Shown: positions 63,065-64,000 of the stretch, piece by piece
Layout of the letters: each line of letters begins with the position of its first letter
Position numbering within the stretch: the stretch's first letter is position 1
The notes under the pieces: model-generated
What the model saw: only the letters and a program-made list of their open reading frames with translations
What the model was told of the DNA's origin: nothing
Database searches by the model: none
Translations under genes and position numbers: made by a program
Assembly: GCF_000143415.4 (NCBI RefSeq)
Contig: NW_003314261.1
Coordinates: forward strand, 2,553,266-2,617,265
From: Selaginella moellendorffii
Taxonomy: Eukaryota; Plantae; Lycopodiophyta
Length of the DNA: 64,000 nt
Direction of reading: 5' to 3'

Positions 63065-63600
63065 CTCCCTAACCCGAGTACCCCAGCCATGCCCTCCCCA
63101 GCACGCGATCCTTTGCCATGCAGCTCCAGTACTCGGGCCTCACACATTCAAACTACTGTAGAGCTCTTGCTTCGAAGTCTTGAGTGACCCCTAGCTCTCT
63201 TGTCGCTCCCAAAATCTGTTTCCATGTTTCTTTGGCCACTTTGCAATCCCACAGGACATGAGTCATGCCGCATTCCTTCCATTTATGGGCATCCTGATTG
63301 TAAAGTGTTGCTTGTAAATCCACGTCCACTTGGATCCCATATCGTTCTCCTGGTTCCAGCCACCAAAATCCAATCGCTTGAGCTGGAGATGGAGTGGGAG
63401 ATTCGCCCAGATGGATGCATTGGAGAGCTGCAATGGAAAGAACATCCCGGAAGAATCTAGGATCGAAATCGACGAATTACCTTTCAGCATTGTCAATGCC
63501 GTCTGCCGCTCGTGCGCTTCATTTCCCGCCACAGCAAACTCTTTATTGAGCCCTAAAGAGAGTTTGAATTTTAGGGTTCTATGCAAGTTTCCCTTGGAGA

Positions 63601-64000
63601 ATGCAGGCTGCCGTGAAGCTCGAGCCATGGGAGAGAGTGCCGTGGTCGACCGTCAAATCCGTGGTGCTGCGCCTCCAATCCATGATCTACCGCGCCGCCG
63701 TGGCCAACGACACCGCCAAGGTACACGCATTCCAGTCGCGGCTGCTGGAAAACGCTCACGCGCGCCTCCTGGCCGTGCGGCGGGTCACCGAGTCGAATCA
63801 GGGCGAGGCGTCGCTGGGCGTGAACGCGCTCATCACCAGCGAGGCCCGAATCGCGCTCGCCAGGACGCTGCGCATCACTGACAAGGGCCTGCCCTTTTGC
63901 GTCACGCGGCGCCGCCGGCTGGGGCGATGCTTGCAGGACGTTGTCCGCGATCGCGCCAAGCAGATGCTCGTCAAGCTCGCGCTGGAGCCGGAGTGGGAGG
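63601..64000 (+). CDS. Group II intron-type reverse transcriptase/maturase (chloroplast-like lineage, RVT_N/RoaA-like), partial
   Basis: Open from ATG 63601 to the window end: MQAAVKLEPWERVPWSTVKSVVLRLQSMIYRAA...VHAFQSRLL...ARLLAVRRVTESNQG...GVN...DRAKQMLVKLALEPEWE. Confidence 0.85.
   Translation, partial: MQAAVKLEPWERVPWSTVKSVVLRLQSMIYRAAVANDTAKVHAFQSRLLENAHARLLAVRRVTESNQGEASLGVNALITSEARIALARTLRITDKGLPFCVTRRRRLGRCLQDVVRDRAKQMLVKLALEPEWE

Noticed and set aside
63100-63430. Second F-box remnant (SIWANLPLHLQL) on the minus strand
   Set aside because: A single short motif, too weak to call.
63330-63881. 183-aa ORF listed in the track
   Set aside because: Arg/Gly-rich off-frame reading; the motif-bearing frame starts at 63601.

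Overview
Gene-dense nuclear DNA of a seedless land plant. Very short (~45-70 nt) GT-AG introns, abundant PLS-class PPR genes and a plastid-type MurC suggest a lycophyte such as Selaginella (inference). Apparently intact genes: ankyrin-repeat protein (partial), AP2/ERF factor, MurC, callose synthase, a Pro-rich membrane protein, two PLS-E PPR proteins flanking a tRNA-Phe(GAA), an amaranthin-aerolysin chimerolectin, MAD1, a small unknown plastid-targeted protein, PEX3, prohibitin, thioredoxin y, a secreted ApoD-like lipocalin split by a large helical insert, and a JmjC (JMJ31-like) protein. Decaying material: a reciprocally pseudogenised PPR+MAD1 duplication; RPN3, LRR-RLP, BAHD, LAF3-like, kinase and PPR pseudogenes; a complete 4.9 kb Ty3/gypsy element with TSD inside the BAHD gene; an internally deleted hAT element; and older LTR remnants. 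Most unusual: (1) an ORF missing from the ORF track at 63601 to >64000 encoding the N-terminus of a chloroplast-like/cyanobacterial-type group II intron RT-maturase with host-like GC-rich codons; (2) the split secreted lipocalin; (3) two independent micro-inversions in decaying duplicates. All family calls come from motif recognition by eye; no searches were run.
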